From: Eledone cirrhosa | Taxonomy: Eukaryota | Reading direction: 5' to 3' | NCBI GenBank assembly: GCA_964016885.1 | Contig: OZ024752.1 | Location: 49,972,001 to 50,036,000, forward strand | Length of the DNA: 64,000 nt | Shown here: positions 25,406 through 42,451 of the stretch, in pieces | Layout: every line of letters starts with the position of its first letter | How positions within the stretch are numbered: position 1 is the stretch's first letter | Position numbers and translations under genes: made by a program | The notes under the pieces: generated by a model | Seen by the model: the letters and a program-made list of their open reading frames with translations, nothing else | What the model was told of the DNA's origin: nothing | Database searches by the model: none

Positions 25406-26622
25406 AATGCTGCCTATAGAGTTAATAAGAGTTTAAATAAGTATACGTATGTAAATAAGCAAAATAATTAAGAGCAAAGCTTACAAAATGCGACATGGCA
25501 CAAATAATTATATAGGTATATATTTATCTTCTACTTCTTCTACTTCTTCTTGAAATCATTTATGTACATGTATTGGTTAATTAAGTGCTTTCTCCTCCCC
25601 CACCCGACCTCTCACCTCAACCGTTTTATTTTCAAGTATGTATCATCTCATTTTCTCTCTTTCTTTATAAAGTTCTTCATCTTTTTTTTGTCTTAATTTC
25701 TTTTCTGTGTATGTGTGTGCATGTGTGTGTGTATGTATGTGTGAGCGTGTGTGTTCTTATTATATTTATTATTGTTGTTGTTATTGTTGTAATTGTATTT
25801 ATTGTTGTTATTTTCATTTTTATTAGTTATTATAATTATTATAATTATTATTATTATTATTATTATTATTTTATTGTCAACACCTTTGAATTATTGATCT
25901 CTCTCTCTCTATATATGTTTCGTTACAATTCACATTATCTTGGATTCAACTATACTCTATCTCTACCCGATATTTTTACATATTTCTTATTTATTTTATT
26001 TTATTTTATTTTTCACCAACACATGGTTCTTTTTTCTTTCTCTTTTTCCCTCTTTTACATACATCTTTTTTGTATTTTCCCTCTATGTCTTTTTTATATA
26101 TTTTATTTTTATATACATCATCTTTATTTCTCTATACATTTCTTTTCTTTTCTTTACTTTCCTTTCATAGTATATCTTCTTTATTTATTTCCTTACATCA
26201 GTTTTTTTTTAAAAAACCCAGAAAAATGCAAAAAAGTTTCTCTGAGTAATAACATATTAAAATGTAAGGTTCAACAGAAGCATTAATCATGATAGAGAAG
26301 TGGCTCCTATATGTACTGTATACTGTAGTATATGGTGAACATTATCTGTCAGAACTAAAGGATAAATGTAGAGGCACAGCTTGTAGATACAACAACATAC
26401 TATTTATTGTCCTTGCAACCATTTAACAGCTTTTTCTGGGGTCTTTTCCCAATCCCTGTAAAGTCTTTTGTTAACATAAAACTTTCACTTTTGCATCAGT
26501 CAGTCATTTTTGCTTTCTTCCAAACTATTTTATTATTTAAAACATTACAAAATTACAAACTATATAACACATTGTGTGGGTGGGGTTCAGATATAGTGAA
26601 TCTATATTGTATCTCTATGTAT

Positions 26623-26657
<35 letters not shown>

Positions 26658-26671
26658 GTTATTCCGGGTTG

Positions 26672-26769
<98 letters not shown>

Positions 26770-27065
26770 ATATATATATATATATGAACTTCCTTTTGTT
26801 CATATTTTTTCTAATATTGACTAAATATATATATGTATGAAAACAGGGAGAAAAAGGCGATTATTAGGAAGAAAAATATATTTTTTTCCTTTTTATTTTT
26901 TTCTCATATATATATGTGTATGTATATATATATATATGTACATACATATGTATATATATATACATACACATACATACATATGTATATATATACATACACA
27001 TATATATATATGTATATATGTGTGTATATATATATATATGTGTGTGTATATATATATATACACAC

Positions 27066-27098
<33 letters not shown>

Positions 27099-27118
27099 TG
27101 CATATATGTATATATGTG

Positions 27119-27154
<36 letters not shown>

Positions 27155-27452
27155 ATATATATATATACATACATAATACATATATATATATATACATATA
27201 CATTTATAAATATACATCATGATGATACACACACACATACACACACATATATATATGTGTGTGTATGTGTGTACTAAGAGTGGGAAATGAAATTTCGTTT
27301 CATTTTTTTCCGTTTATATATATATAAATATACATATATATACTCACATATGTGCAGAGAGAGAGACAGAGAGAGAGAAAGAGGGGACACACACACACAC
27401 ACACATATATGTGTGAATCTGTGTTTGCATGAAAGAGAGAAAGAGAAAGTGA

Positions 27453-27535
<83 letters not shown>

Positions 27536-27578
27536 AGGAAAAAATGTAAATAAAATCACCACACACATATACATATAC

Positions 27579-27609
<31 letters not shown>

Positions 27610-27640
27610 AGGAAGAAATGTAAATAAAATCACCACACAC

Positions 27641-27690
<50 letters not shown>

Positions 27691-27988
27691 ATATGTATAT
27701 GTGTGTGGTGATTTTATTTACATTTTTTCCTTTCTATTTCAATGGAACTAATCACCTCTATACTGACAACCATATATAATATAACTGTTCAAGGGTCTGC
27801 AATAAAACTTATCTCTGCCAACTAATAGATAAAATAAAATAGGAAATGAATGTTTATTGACAAAACGTTTAGAAATTTGAAGACATTTATTTGGTATCAT
27901 GGATATTTATCTCTGTTAATTCTATAGCTTGGGAATATATATATATATATATATACATGTATATATATATATACATGTATATATATAT

Positions 27989-28062
<74 letters not shown>

Positions 28063-28217
28063 ATATATATATTATATATAATGTAAAATATATAAAAATA
28101 ACGTATAGGGTTTATTTAGATGCCGTGATACTATTGTGAAGATGTAAAGGTTCATTTATTTCAATCACACTAAATATTTATTATTGAAAAGAATACTACT
28201 ACTACTACTACTACTAC

Positions 28218-28218
<1 letters not shown>

Positions 28219-28248
<30 letters not shown>

Positions 28249-28385
28249 AAGAAGAAGAAGAAGAAGAAGAAGAAGAAGAAGAAGAAGAAGAAGAAGAAGA
28301 AGAAGAAGAAGAAGAAGAAGAAGAAGAAGAAGAAGAAGAAGAAGAAGAAGAAGAAGAAGAAGAAGAAGAAGAAGAAGAAGAAGAA
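28219..28385 (+). repeat. Pure (GAA)n tract, ~55 units
   Basis: Uninterrupted AAG repeat adjoining a SINE tail. Confidence 0.95.
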
Positions 28386-29122
28386 TACTTGTTTCTACTT
28401 TTGGCACAAGGCCAGCAATTATTTATGGGTACATTACTGGTACTTTATTTTATCGACGCCGTAAGGATGAAAGGCAAAGTTAACACTCCATGCTTTGCAG
28501 CATTGAGTTACGACCCTTAATAATAATAATGATAATTATTTCTTTATTAGCCAGGAAGGGCTCACATTAAGGAAACATTAAACACAATACAGGACGATAC
28601 AGCGTGAGTTTTTCTTTTATGTAAAATAAAATCTATAAACATAATAATAACAATATTTATATATTGCCAAAGCTCTTTCGTCACACATTCTGTGACCTCC
28701 TCAGTGATTACAACACACAAAAACAAGATTGTGTAGGAGAGAACAAAAGAGAAAGACACAAAATAAAAAGCTAGACATTGAGGAGGTCACATAATAATGA
28801 TATCTCTCCATGAAAACTGTGAATCATTGCAGAACAATCCTCTTTACCATTCCATTTGATAAATTAGAATATTGATGTAAATCATAATTCGTGAACTATA
28901 TTTGTTAGTTTGTTGGTTTCTTTGCCCATATTCAACTTACTGGGAAAATATGACGATATAAGCTTTCTTATTATTAAGTCTTTATAAGTTAAGTGATATG
29001 AATATTAATATGGGATAGGCTTCCATACTGTCAGTGATATGGTAGCCTCTCTCATATACAAACCTCCCCATAAGTAAGCATCGTAGAGTCTCACTGTATA
29101 TACATGCATATGCTGGCTTGCA

Positions 29123-29314
<192 letters not shown>

Positions 29315-29363
29315 TGTTTCTTTATTAGCCACAGGGGCACAAAAGAAGGGGACAAATACAAAT

Positions 29364-29398
<35 letters not shown>

Positions 29399-29528
29399 TA
29401 TTTCTTTATTAGCTACAAGGGCGCACAAGAAAAGGGGACAATAGATAGATAGATAGATACATAGATAGATAGATATGTTTCTTTATTAGCCGCAGGGGCA
29501 CTAAAGAAGGAGACAAATACAAAGGGGG

Positions 29529-29530
<2 letters not shown>
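29315..29530 (-). mobile_element. Three tandem ~45-bp retroelement 3' ends within (ATCT)n
   Basis: Minus strand TTTGTCCCCTTCTTTTGTGCCCCTGTGGCTAATAAAGAAAC + (ATCT)n repeated three times; related ends at ~28540 and ~60374 sit next to (ATT)n. Confidence 0.55.
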
Positions 29531-29561
<31 letters not shown>

Positions 29562-29579
29562 TCATAGATACATAGATAC

Positions 29580-30854
29580 GTGCATACATACATGTGCACT
29601 CACACACATACATAAGTACGTATGTACATATATACATGCATACATACATACATGAATACATACATACATATACACATATAGACATACACACACATATACA
29701 TACATATATACATACATACATACAAACAAAACATATAAAACATACATACACACATACATATACACTTATATATATACATACATATAAAACATTCATACAC
29801 ACATACATACATACATACATATACACATACATATATACATACGTACATGCATACATACATACATACATACAAAACATACATATATATATATATATACATA
29901 CATATAAAACATACATACATATACACATACATATATACATACGTACATACATATATACATACATACAAAGCATACATACATATAAAACATACATACACAC
30001 ATACATACATATATATACTTACATATATACATACATACATATATACATACATACAAAACATACATATACATATACACATACATATATACATACGTACATA
30101 CATATATACATACATACATACAAAGCATACATACATAAAAAAAATACATACACACATACATACATATATATACTTACATATATACATACATACATATATA
30201 CATACAAAACATACATATATATATACACATACATATATACATACGTACATACATATATACATACATACATACAAAGCATACATACATATAAAACATACAT
30301 ACACACATACATATATATACTTACATATATACATACATACATATATACATACATACAAAACATACATATATATATACACATACATATATACATACGTACA
30401 TATATACATACGTACATATATACACATACATATATACATACGTACATACATATATACATACGTACATACATATATACATACATACAAAGCATACATACAT
30501 ATAAAACATACATACACACATACATACATATATATACTTACATATATACATACATACATATATACATACATACAAAACATACATATATATATACACATAC
30601 ATATATACATACATATAAAACATACATACATACATATACACATACATATATACATACGTACATACATATATACATACATACATACAAAGCATACATACAT
30701 AAAAAAAATACATACACACATACATACATATATATACTTACATATATACATACATACATATACACATACATACATATATACAAACATACATACATATATA
30801 TACTTACATATATACATACATATATACATACATACAAACATACATACAAAACAT

Positions 30855-30860
<6 letters not shown>
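29580..30860. repeat. Complex (CATA)n/(TA)n microsatellite with block duplications
   Basis: Recurring landmarks ATACGTACATAC, ACAAAGCATAC and ATACTTACAT. Confidence 0.9.
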
Positions 30861-30911
<51 letters not shown>

Positions 30912-31350
30912 TGCATACATGTCTTGGCTGCTTATGTAAGTGTTTGATATACATCACAGAGACATCATATCAATGGAAGATTTGTTGCCGAATCTCTCAC
31001 TAATCCACATTCCATTGTGAGTATTTAAGTAGTTTAAGGTTAGGAATATATAGAAAGAGATTCCAGCTAATCCAGATCTTCGGAGCTTTTAGCAGCTGAC
31101 AGACACATCTAAGGCAGCATTAGTAAGTAATATGGAATGAAGAATTACTACAATTTGGGAGAGTTTATGGACTGGATCCAAACTTATTTAAATTCACTAA
31201 AGTAAATACATATACATTCTTTTATTCCTTGGCTGGTTTCAGCCATTAGACTCCAGCCATGAAGGAATTTAGTTCATCGTATCGACCCCAGAATTTAAAC
31301 TTTGCAAGTCTGTTAACTTGTAACTTATTTCATTGCCAACATTTTTGTTG

Positions 31351-31383
<33 letters not shown>

Positions 31384-31446
31384 TTTACGTCCGCTTTTCC
31401 CTGCTTGCAAGTGGTGTAAAATACAGACACAATGATATATGTAAAT

Positions 31447-31478
<32 letters not shown>

Positions 31479-31510
31479 GAAATATAAGAATCAAAGAACT
31501 GTTCAAAACA

Positions 31511-31570
31511 TTATTGAGCTTACAGCTGTTTCCTCCAAACCGAGGTTTGGATTCTTCGGAGCAATTTATT
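31511..31570 (-). ncRNA. Minimal type-I hammerhead-like motif (Penelope-type), CCGAAGA variant
   Basis: Minus strand reads GCT-CCGAAGA-A-TCCAAACC-TC-GGTTTGGA-G-GAAAC-AGCT-GTA-AGC: stem I GCT/AGC, 8-bp stem II, palindromic CAGCTG at stem III. Confidence 0.55.
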
Positions 31571-32376
31571 AATGAATGGACAGTTATATGACCTCCTTTT
31601 CAGCCAAGAGACATACCGATACATATGCAAATATTGTGGGTCAACATTCATTACAGAATTTAGAGTGGCAGTACACACTTCGAGATTACATTCATATTAA
31701 AAGGTACAATCAAAAATCAAAAATACAGGTTAAAATACAACATGAAGATAAGCGGTTATATAGTGCAAATGTTATATGTGTGGCAAGCACAACTGCTCTG
31801 TAAATCATCTGATGTTTTTACATTGAGCTACTTAACTTACTGGTAATAAGGTAGTAATACATTACTGCCTACCACTATTTAGGGTTTGTATAAAAAATAC
31901 ATATAACTGCATAAGGTTTTTGTATTTACATAACCATAAATAGTATAATTAATACTATATATATATATATTTTTATCATTTATTTTGTTTGACCTGTTTA
32001 GTTTGATTTGTTTTTTGGCTTAGGTGGTTAATGCCTTCTTGATCACTTTTTCAGTTTGTATGGCGTTTTAACATATTGTTTAGTTCTAGTTTTCCTAACT
32101 ATTGGAGCACTTGCCAGCATTTCTACGATTTTGCGTTTCGTTTCGTTTTTTCTACCAGCCGAAATACGATTCTCGCTGAATTTATATTTATATATATATA
32201 TACATATATATACATTGCTCCAAAATGGCTGACTGAATACAGATGTGCTATTTCTAAAGAAACATTTTTTCCATTCTTTCTTCTTACACTCTATCTTTCT
32301 ATTTCATTGAGACTTTCAGACTCTTTTCCTACTATATCAAGTGTTAAACTTATTTCTGTTTACATTTTACATATAG

Positions 32377-32437
<61 letters not shown>

Positions 32438-32497
32438 AATATATATGTATATATATATATATATTTATATATACATCTATCTATATATATATATACA

Positions 32498-32581
<84 letters not shown>

Positions 32582-32582
<1 letters not shown>

Positions 32583-32848
32583 CAGGCTTCTGCAGTTTCT
32601 GCCTAACAATTTTCAACCAAAATACAACATTGGTGGTAAGCCCTGGTGGTAAACCCTGGTGGTAAGCCCTGGTGGTAAGCCCTGGTGGTAAGCCCTGGTG
32701 GTAAGCCCTGCCGAAGGTACCACACAGTAGGACTGAACCCCAAACCATGTTTATGAAGCAAACTAGCATACCATACCACACCACACCACACTACACTACA
32801 CCACACTACACCATACCAAACCACACCACACAGCTATATCTGTACCTA
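32582..32848 (-). mobile_element. Degenerate tRNA-derived SINE with internal 6 x 13-bp (TGGTGGTAAGCCC) and (CACAC)n expansions
   Basis: Minus-strand B box GGGTTCAGTCC at ~32730-32740; tandem units at 32631-32710. Confidence 0.6.
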
Positions 32849-33105
32849 TTACAGAGTTAGAAATGGATAAAAATTACAACTGAACATTTGCTTTCCCAAT
32901 GAAACTTGAAGCCTGATTTTACTATAAATTGATTATCAAGAAATCTGCTTTCACCTTAGCTTTGTTTTGTTTCCTATGTTTTAATAGCAAAACAATTCCG
33001 ATACTAAGCATGACCTTAATAAATTATCCCTTATTGTACATATATTGGATTTCTACTCATTACTTATGAATGTGAAAAGCATTTTCTTGCAGCTATCTGA
33101 GTATA

Positions 33106-33176
<71 letters not shown>

Positions 33177-34878
33177 ACGAATGTATGAATGTATATGTGT
33201 GTGTATATATATATATATATATACACAAATATATACATATCTATGTATATATACATATATATATAAATATATATACACATATATACACGCACACATATAT
33301 ACATATGTATATATTTATATATAAATGTATATGTATATACAAATTTGTGTGTATATATATATATATATACATACACACACATATGTATATATGTATATAT
33401 ATAAATGTATATACATATATAGATACACACACACATCTATATATATATATATAGAGAGAGAGATAGATAGATAGATAGATAGATAGATATGCATATATAT
33501 ATATATGTGTGTGTGTGTGTATATATATATATATTTATATATAGGTGTGTGTATATATATATATATTTATATATAGGTGTGTGTACAGTATATAAATAAA
33601 ACCTATATGAGATATTGAATATTAGGTCATGGGCTATGATATTCATCATTTTTAATTATTATTGTTTTATTCATATATTTAATAAATAATAAGCATTAAT
33701 TTAACATTTTTTTACATCTTATACACATTTTTATTTTTTACTTTTTATCCTCTTTTTTTCAAGGCTTATCTACTTATTTTATTGATTTCAACTGCCCCCT
33801 AGAGGCTAAAAAACACCACAATTCCAGTTATCTTCCCCTACTCTACCATTCTAATATTTCACTACTTAAACTAAATTTTAAGATACTCGAAGTGACAGAA
33901 ATGGGGGAGATTTCTGCAAGAAAATTAAATTAAAGGATAATTTATATGAACAGAACAGTCAGCAGTTTGTATTTGGTAGCTTCTTAGGTTCTTAGCTTCT
34001 TAGCATGACACATTTCTATGTCTTGGTTGTCTTGAAGAATCCAGTAAATAATTAGTAAAAATTAATGTATTAATTTTCATAAATTTCCTCCCCTTCACCA
34101 TGACTGCCACCACCACTAACACCACTACTACCACTACCACCACTAATACAACCACTACCACTAACTCCATCACCACCAACAACACCAGTACCACCACCAC
34201 CATTACCACCACCACCACTAACACCACCCAACACCACCAACAACACTACCACTAACACCACAAACACCCCCAATACCACCACTACCACTAACACCACCAC
34301 CAACACCACTACCACCCCCACTAACATAACCACCACCAACAACAACAACAACAACAACACCAACCCCACCACCATGACCATTATCACCAACACCACCACT
34401 ACCATCAACACAACCACTACCACACCCCACTAACATAACCACCACCACCAACAACAACACCCCCTCTAACACCGCCACCACCACCACTACTACCAACACC
34501 ACCACTACCATCAATACCCCACCACCACCAACAACAACAACAACACCACCACCAACAACAACACCCCCTCCAACACCACTTTGCTTTATTGATCATTTCA
34601 TTTCTACATAAAAGACATTCCAAATAAATAAAAATAAATAATAAATAAACACAAATAAATATATATAGAAAAAAAGGAAAAAAAGGAGAAAAAGGAGAAA
34701 AAAAGAAGAAAAGAAGAAAGATATAATGAGTGAATATTCTTTCACTGTTTCGACATCTAAGAAACTTACAAAGCATGGGAATAAATTTTCCCTATTGATT
34801 TTAGAAATGTCTATTTTTTTCTAGTGAAGACATCTGTCAAAAGTCCTGTTTCTTGCTTCTTACTCTATGTTACATTAA

Positions 34879-35582
34879 CCCTTTAGCATTTAAACCAGCC
34901 ATATCTGGACAGAATTCTCTCACCTCTTTCTGTTCAAACCAGCCATATCTGACCAGAATTCTCTCACCTCTTCCTGTTCAAACCAGTCATATCTGACCAG
35001 AATTCTCTCACCTCTTTCTGTTCAAACCAGTTATATCCAGCCAGAATTCTCTCACCTCTTTCTGTTCAAACCAGCTATATCCAGCCAGAATTCTCTCACC
35101 TCTTTCTGTTCAAACCAGCTATATCCGGCCAGAATTCTCTCACCTCTTTCTGTTCAAACCAGCCATATCCAGTCAGAATTCTCTCACCTCTTTCTGGTCA
35201 AACCAGCCATATCCAGTCAGAATTCTCTCACCTCTTCCTGTTCAAACCAGCTATATCTGACCAGAATTCTCTCACCTCTTTCTGTTCAAACCAGCTATAT
35301 CCAGCCAGAATTCTCTCACCTCTTTCTGTTCAAACCAGCTATATCCGGCCAGAATTCTCTCACCTCTTTCTGTTCAAACCAGCCATATCCAGTCAGAATT
35401 CTCTCACCTCTTTCTGGTCAAACTGGTTGTAACCAGCCACTCATTCTGATGTTAAGGTGTTGTTCTCAAAATAAATTATATCAAATTCTCATAGATTCGA
35501 TATTATGTGAGATATTATGTAAGATAAAGCCTTTACCATGAAAATACAATAGTATATATTGAGTAATGTAAATGCTAAAGGG
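34879..35582 (+). mobile_element. piggyBac-like MITE (TTAA TSD, 14-bp TIR) containing a 12 x 44-bp array
   Basis: TTAA|CCCTTTAGCATTTA ... TAAATGCTAAAGGG|TTAA; unit AAACCAGCCATATCTGGACAGAATTCTCTCACCTCTTTCTGTTC from 34892 to 35419. Confidence 0.9.
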
Positions 35583-35725
35583 TTAATTAGAAGAGTTTTC
35601 ATTGAAATTCATCCAAAAATATGTGGACAGTTCTTGTAAATGACCTCAACTTTTCATTTTTTTTTTTTTAACTGATAAAAGTACCCAGATTCTAACTATT
35701 GACCTAAACAAAATACATGTATATG

Positions 35726-35770
<45 letters not shown>

Positions 35771-35913
35771 CTTCTATTTCTTACTCTATCTTCTGATAAC
35801 TAGAGTCAAGCGTTAAACTAATATATTTCTTCCATGTACCGTGCCATTATTTTTGTTATTTCTGTTTACCGCATATATATATATATATATAGAAACACAT
35901 ATATATATATATC

Positions 35914-35995
<82 letters not shown>

Positions 35996-36766
35996 TATAT
36001 CTAAATATATATATATATATAAGTGTGTGTGTGTGTATATATACATATTTGACTATATAAATACAATTTAGATTGTATGAGATATATTTTTAAAATATAT
36101 AAATCCTATTTCCGAGCCGTTAAATTTTAGAAGACATTGTAAATGGTAAATGACCATATTTTTTCTTTTGACACACTACATCTGCTCAAGTGAAAGAAAT
36201 CATGTAAATTTATTTTGACATATTTTTCCAAATAAGTAAGAAGAAAAAATAATAATAATAATAATAATTCTAATATTTTCTTTATTTCTTTCTTTCTCTA
36301 CGCAGTGTTTAACATTTCGCAGTACTTAATTCTCTAAGAATATATACAGATATTAATTCTTGAGGGATCAGTGATATACTATTACAGTGAAAGAGTCAAA
36401 CCATTTAATCAGATACATACATAAACTAGTGCTCTACCATATTTTCTGTAAACCATCATTCTCTTCGCATCATTTTTTTTTTTTTTTTTTTTTAAATAAA
36501 AAGATTGAGACATGGAAACGCAATTTTCCAGAGAATAAGTAATACGTTCCTTCACATATGTTGTATCTTGTCACATATTGATTTCACTGTCAAACATCAC
36601 AGCTGGTGTGACATTTAGCAGATAAAATTGCACAGTTAACAAAATATAAATACAGAATCAACATAGCATTAAAATATAGATATATAATTTTTTTGAAAAG
36701 AAATGAAAAAAAAAATCTTCAGTAAACTATTCTGAGTATATCAAACCTCTTTGTTCTTCCATACCC

Positions 36767-36806
<40 letters not shown>

Positions 36807-36955
36807 TGTTTCTACTTTTGGCAGCAATTACCAGCAATAACCCAGTGCATTACTGGTACTTTATTTTATCGACCCCCGTAAGGATGAAAGGCAAAGTCAA
36901 CCTCGGCGGGATTTGAACTCAGATCATAAAAGGGACGTAACTCAGAAAGTAAATA

Positions 36956-36999
<44 letters not shown>

Positions 37000-37372
37000 A
37001 AAGATAAAGAACAGCAATAACTACAACATCAAGTTTCGTTTTCATTATGTACTGTAGGAAAACCAAACTAGTGGAAAATCATCAGTGACACTAAAATGGT
37101 CCAATTTATCATTCTTTAAAAATCCCCACTGACAGAAACTAATAAAGGGAGAGAAATAAGAAAACAAAACAAGAAAGAAAAAAAAAGCATAGGATAGGAA
37201 AAAAAAAAAGGTAGAGCCGAGCCAGAGAGTAGGTATGGAGGGAGGGAGAGAGGGGTGGGGGTGGGGGGGTAAGTGTGTTACAGAGAGAGAAAAGGGGGAG
37301 AAGAGGGAGGGAGACAGGAGGGGGTGGAGAAGAAAATCAGCAATGATTTTAGTTTTTCTATTCATGTGTCTT

Positions 37373-37407
<35 letters not shown>

Positions 37408-37794
37408 GAACAAGAGCAAGAGAGAGAGACAGTGAGAGAGAAAGGGAGAGAGAGAGAGAGATACAGAGAGAGCAAGAGAAAGAGAGAAAGAGAGAGAGAG
37501 AGAGAGACAAGGAAAGTCTAAAGTAAATTACAAATGCACAGTTAGTTTCATTGAGAATTCAAATTATTTATAGTAAGACTGTGTGATAATTTTCTCATAA
37601 GCACCAACATCATACAATAAATAAAGTATTGACCAACTTCAGATGACTCATGAGAGGGAGGGAGAGGGAGAGGGGGAGTGGGAGGGAGGAAGGGGAGGGG
37701 GGATGGAAAATAAAATGAAATAAAAAGAAATAAAATTATTTTTTGAAAACTAATTCTTTAGGTGTTTCACACAGGAGAATGAAAACCGTGACAT

Positions 37795-37848
<54 letters not shown>

Positions 37849-39022
37849 ATACACATATATATTTATATATATATGTGTGTGTATACACACATATATATAA
37901 ATACAGATACATATACATACATACATATACATACATATACATACATATATATATATACATACATACATATACATCCATATACATACATACATACATATAC
38001 ATACACACATACATATACATACATATACATACATACACTTACATACATATACATACATACATATACATACATATACATACATATATATACATACATACAT
38101 ATACATACATACATATACATAGATATATATACATACATACATATACATACACTTACATACATACATATACATACATATACATAAACACATACATATACAT
38201 ACATATACATACATATACATACACTTACATACATACATATACATACATATACATAAACACATACATATACATACATATACATACATATACATACATATAC
38301 ATACATATACATACATATACATGTATATACATACATATACATACATATACATACATACATATACATACATATACATACATATACATACATACATATACAT
38401 ACATATGCATACATACTCTTACATACATACATATACATACATATATATATATATATATACATACACACCTATACATATACATACACACAAATACATACAC
38501 ACATACATATACATACATATATATATATACATACACACCTATACATACATACACACAAATACATACACACATACATATACATACATGCACATATACATAC
38601 ATTCACACAGATATATACGCATACACTCTCGCTGTATATATCTATCTATTGATCTGTCTAATTATCTCCACCCTCTCTCTCTCTCTCCTCCCTATCTCCT
38701 CCCTATCTCCTCCCTCTCTCTCCCTCTCTCTCTCTCTATATATATATACTCCTCCCCCTCTCTCTCTCCCTTCATCCTCCCTCTCTCCCCCTCTCTCTCT
38801 CTCTCTACCCCCCCTCTCTACCCATCCCCCATATCTCTCCCCCTCTCTCATTCTACCCCTCCCCTCCCCCCATCTCGCTCCCCCTCTCTATCTCTACCCA
38901 TCCCTCTCTCTCTACCCATCCCCCTATCTCCCCCACTCTCTCCCCCCTCTCTCTACCCCCCTCTCTCTCTCTACCTCACCCCCTCTCTCTCTCTACTCCC
39001 CCTCTCTCACTCTCTCTATCTA

Positions 39023-39063
<41 letters not shown>

Positions 39064-39099
39064 CTTATATTAGTTCACATGCTTTGTATTAATGTATAT

Positions 39100-39292
39100 A
39101 ATTGTTTCTACTTTAGGCACAAGGCCAGCAATTAACCCCAGTGCATTACTGGTACTTTATTTTATCGACCCCGTAAGGATGAAAGGCAAAGTTAACCTCG
39201 GCGGGATTTGAACTCACAAAGTAAAGGGCCATAACTCTATGCTGAAAAGCTGGGCGTCTGATGCTCTACCGATACTGCCAATCCACTGCCCT
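39100..39292 (-). mobile_element. Near full-length tRNA-headed SINE (Meta-like core)
   Basis: Minus strand: GGCAGTGGATTGGCAGTATCGGTAGAGC head, B box GAGTTCAAATCCCGCCGAGG, core, AGTAGAAACAATT end. Confidence 0.8.
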
Positions 39293-39324
39293 ATTAATGT
39301 ATATACTACATGAGTGTGTGCGCA

Positions 39325-39362
<38 letters not shown>

Positions 39363-39467
39363 CGTGTTTTAATATTTAATGCATATATAGTATATATCTA
39401 TATAGATATATGTATGTATATATCTATATAGATATATGTATGTATATATCAATATAGATATATGTAT

Positions 39468-39499
<32 letters not shown>

Positions 39500-40077
39500 A
39501 TATCTATATAGATATATGTATGTATATATCTATATAGATATATGTGTGTATATCTATATAGATATATGTATATGTATATCTATATATGTGTGTGTGTGTG
39601 GGAATCCATGTACATATTTATGTGGTTTAATGTTTAATATATATTTAGTTGAATATATGTATGTATTTATATATGCGATTGTGGTACATGTGTGTGTATT
39701 TATATATGTATGTATGTATGTATGTATGAATATATGTATGTGTGTATGTATGTATGTATGTATATATGTATGTATGTATTATGTATGTATGTATGTATGT
39801 ATGTATGTGTGTATGTATGTATGTGTGTATGTACATTATGTATATATGCATATCTGGATGTTATGTATCTAAGTATGTGTGTATTTATATATGTGCGTAT
39901 GTATGTATGTATGAATGTATATATGTATATGTGTATATATGTATGTCTTGAATTATTGAAATTCATAGAGCAGTCCAGTTTATATATTTACTCACATTAA
40001 GATTCCATATAGAAATTTAAAAGAAAGAAACAACAAATTATAAAAATCAAAAACCAATAGTAAATATATATATACAT

Positions 40078-40127
<50 letters not shown>

Positions 40128-40299
40128 GTATATGTAAATATATATAATATATATACATATAAATATATATATATAAGTATATATGTATATATATGTATAT
40201 GTAGACATAAATATTTATATATATATATACTATGTATACATAAATATACATATATATATTTACATAAATATATATTTGCATATATATATATATATTTGC

Positions 40300-40333
<34 letters not shown>

Positions 40334-40373
40334 TTGCATATATATATATATTTGCATATATATATATATTTGC

Positions 40374-40405
<32 letters not shown>

Positions 40406-40536
40406 TTGCATATATATATATATACATATATATATCATATATATATATATCATTCATCATCATCATTTCATTTTACGTCCACTTTTCCCTGCTTGCAAGG
40501 GTGGGACGGGAACTGATTCTGGCTTGATTTCTACAG

Positions 40537-40577
<41 letters not shown>

Positions 40578-40590
40578 CATATATATATAT

Positions 40591-40637
<47 letters not shown>

Positions 40638-40967
40638 AATACACACACATATATAATCCTAGGTGGAAACAAAAGACAATTATCTCAGTACACCATATCC
40701 AAACATCTTATATATATTCATATACATGCTTCTAAAAAGTTTACATTATTCATTTACACCATAAAAGCTGAAGTGGGTATTGAATGTCAGTGGAGAGGAG
40801 TTATATGTATGGCGTTGATTAAAGTGTTGTAGTAAAAGCAATAGAACCTTTCAATAGATAATCTAAAGCCAATATTGTTGTGGGGGGGAGGGGTTTATAT
40901 CATTTGTGATATCGCTTTACATATATCAATTATACACTTCATCAATATATAACATAAATAATATAAT

Positions 40968-41065
<98 letters not shown>

Positions 41066-41270
41066 TATATATATATTTATATATATATATATATATATAG
41101 ATAAATCTACCAAGATAATTTTGTACATAGATCTGTTGAATATGCATGCCAATTCTAACACATATATATCCTAGAAACGATCGTTAAATAATGAACTTTT
41201 TTTGTTTAATATAAGGAACTGTTTCATTGTTTTATTCATTATTTGTTTAATATTTTATATATATATATAT

Positions 41271-41540
41271 CATTCATTATCATCATTTCATTTTACGTCC
41301 ACTTTTCCCTGCTTGCAAGGGTGGGACGGGAACTGACTCTGGCTTGATTTCTACAGCTGGATGCCCTTCCTAACACCAACCTCATTTACAGTGAGTGCTG
41401 GGTGCTTTTTTGCCATGGCACCTGCACGACCACTTTGCAGTGGAATGATATGGACCCCAGTCCCTATCATCTCATTTCTACAGCTGAGTAAACTGGAGCA
41501 ATGTGAAATAAAGTGTCTTGCTCAAGGAAACAACACAACA
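41271..41540 (-). mobile_element. 5'-truncated copy of the RTE-tailed SINE
   Basis: Reverse complement of ~24865-25131; a further 3' piece lies at 40450-40538. Confidence 0.85.
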
Positions 41541-41541
41541 C

Positions 41542-41575
<34 letters not shown>

Positions 41576-42028
41576 GTGTATATATATTTATATGTATACA
41601 ATATATATGATATATATAATGATAAACATCGATTGCCAAATAAATTAACTATGGAGATATAAAAGATACAGAAGCAAAAACCAACCAAACAGTGAGTGTG
41701 TTCTGTTATTATTTCTGGGAATATTACAACAATATGACCCTCCCCAAGTATAACGATATATATATATATATAAACACACATACACACACACACACACAAA
41801 TATGTATACAAATAATATGTCATATAGATGTATATATACATATAATATGCCATTCAGGGAAAAGCAGGGAAAAGCAGACGTAAAAATGATGATGATGATG
41901 ATATACAACAAAATTTAATATAGAAATGACTTCTACAAGACTAGAACTGTATATTTTGTTGTATACACTCTACTAATGTATTGAGTACTTTCCTTACTGT
42001 GATTACCTGATTGAACCTGGGACTGACA

Positions 42029-42143
<115 letters not shown>

Positions 42144-42147
42144 ATAT

Positions 42148-42336
42148 AACAAAGGAATCGTGGTAAGGAACCAGATGGACCATAACGCACCAGAGTACTC
42201 AATACTTAGGGTAGTAGAGTGGGTAATAGGAAAAAGTATGATCCCAACGGCAGAGCTCAAGCTGTTTCGACGGCTATTTCTGGACTGAAATAGCCGTCAA
42301 AATGGCTTGAGCTCTGCCGTCGGGGTCATACTTTTT

Positions 42337-42340
<4 letters not shown>
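42148..42340. mobile_element. Family A fold-back fragment in (TA)n
   Basis: Same sequence and hairpin arms as 4378-4535 and 18252-18440. Confidence 0.65.
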
Positions 42341-42371
<31 letters not shown>

Positions 42372-42451
42372 ATAATAATAAAATTGAAGACTAAAATCCA
42401 AAGAGGGCTCGATAAAGAAAATATATATCAAATATATAAGAACCGTAGAGC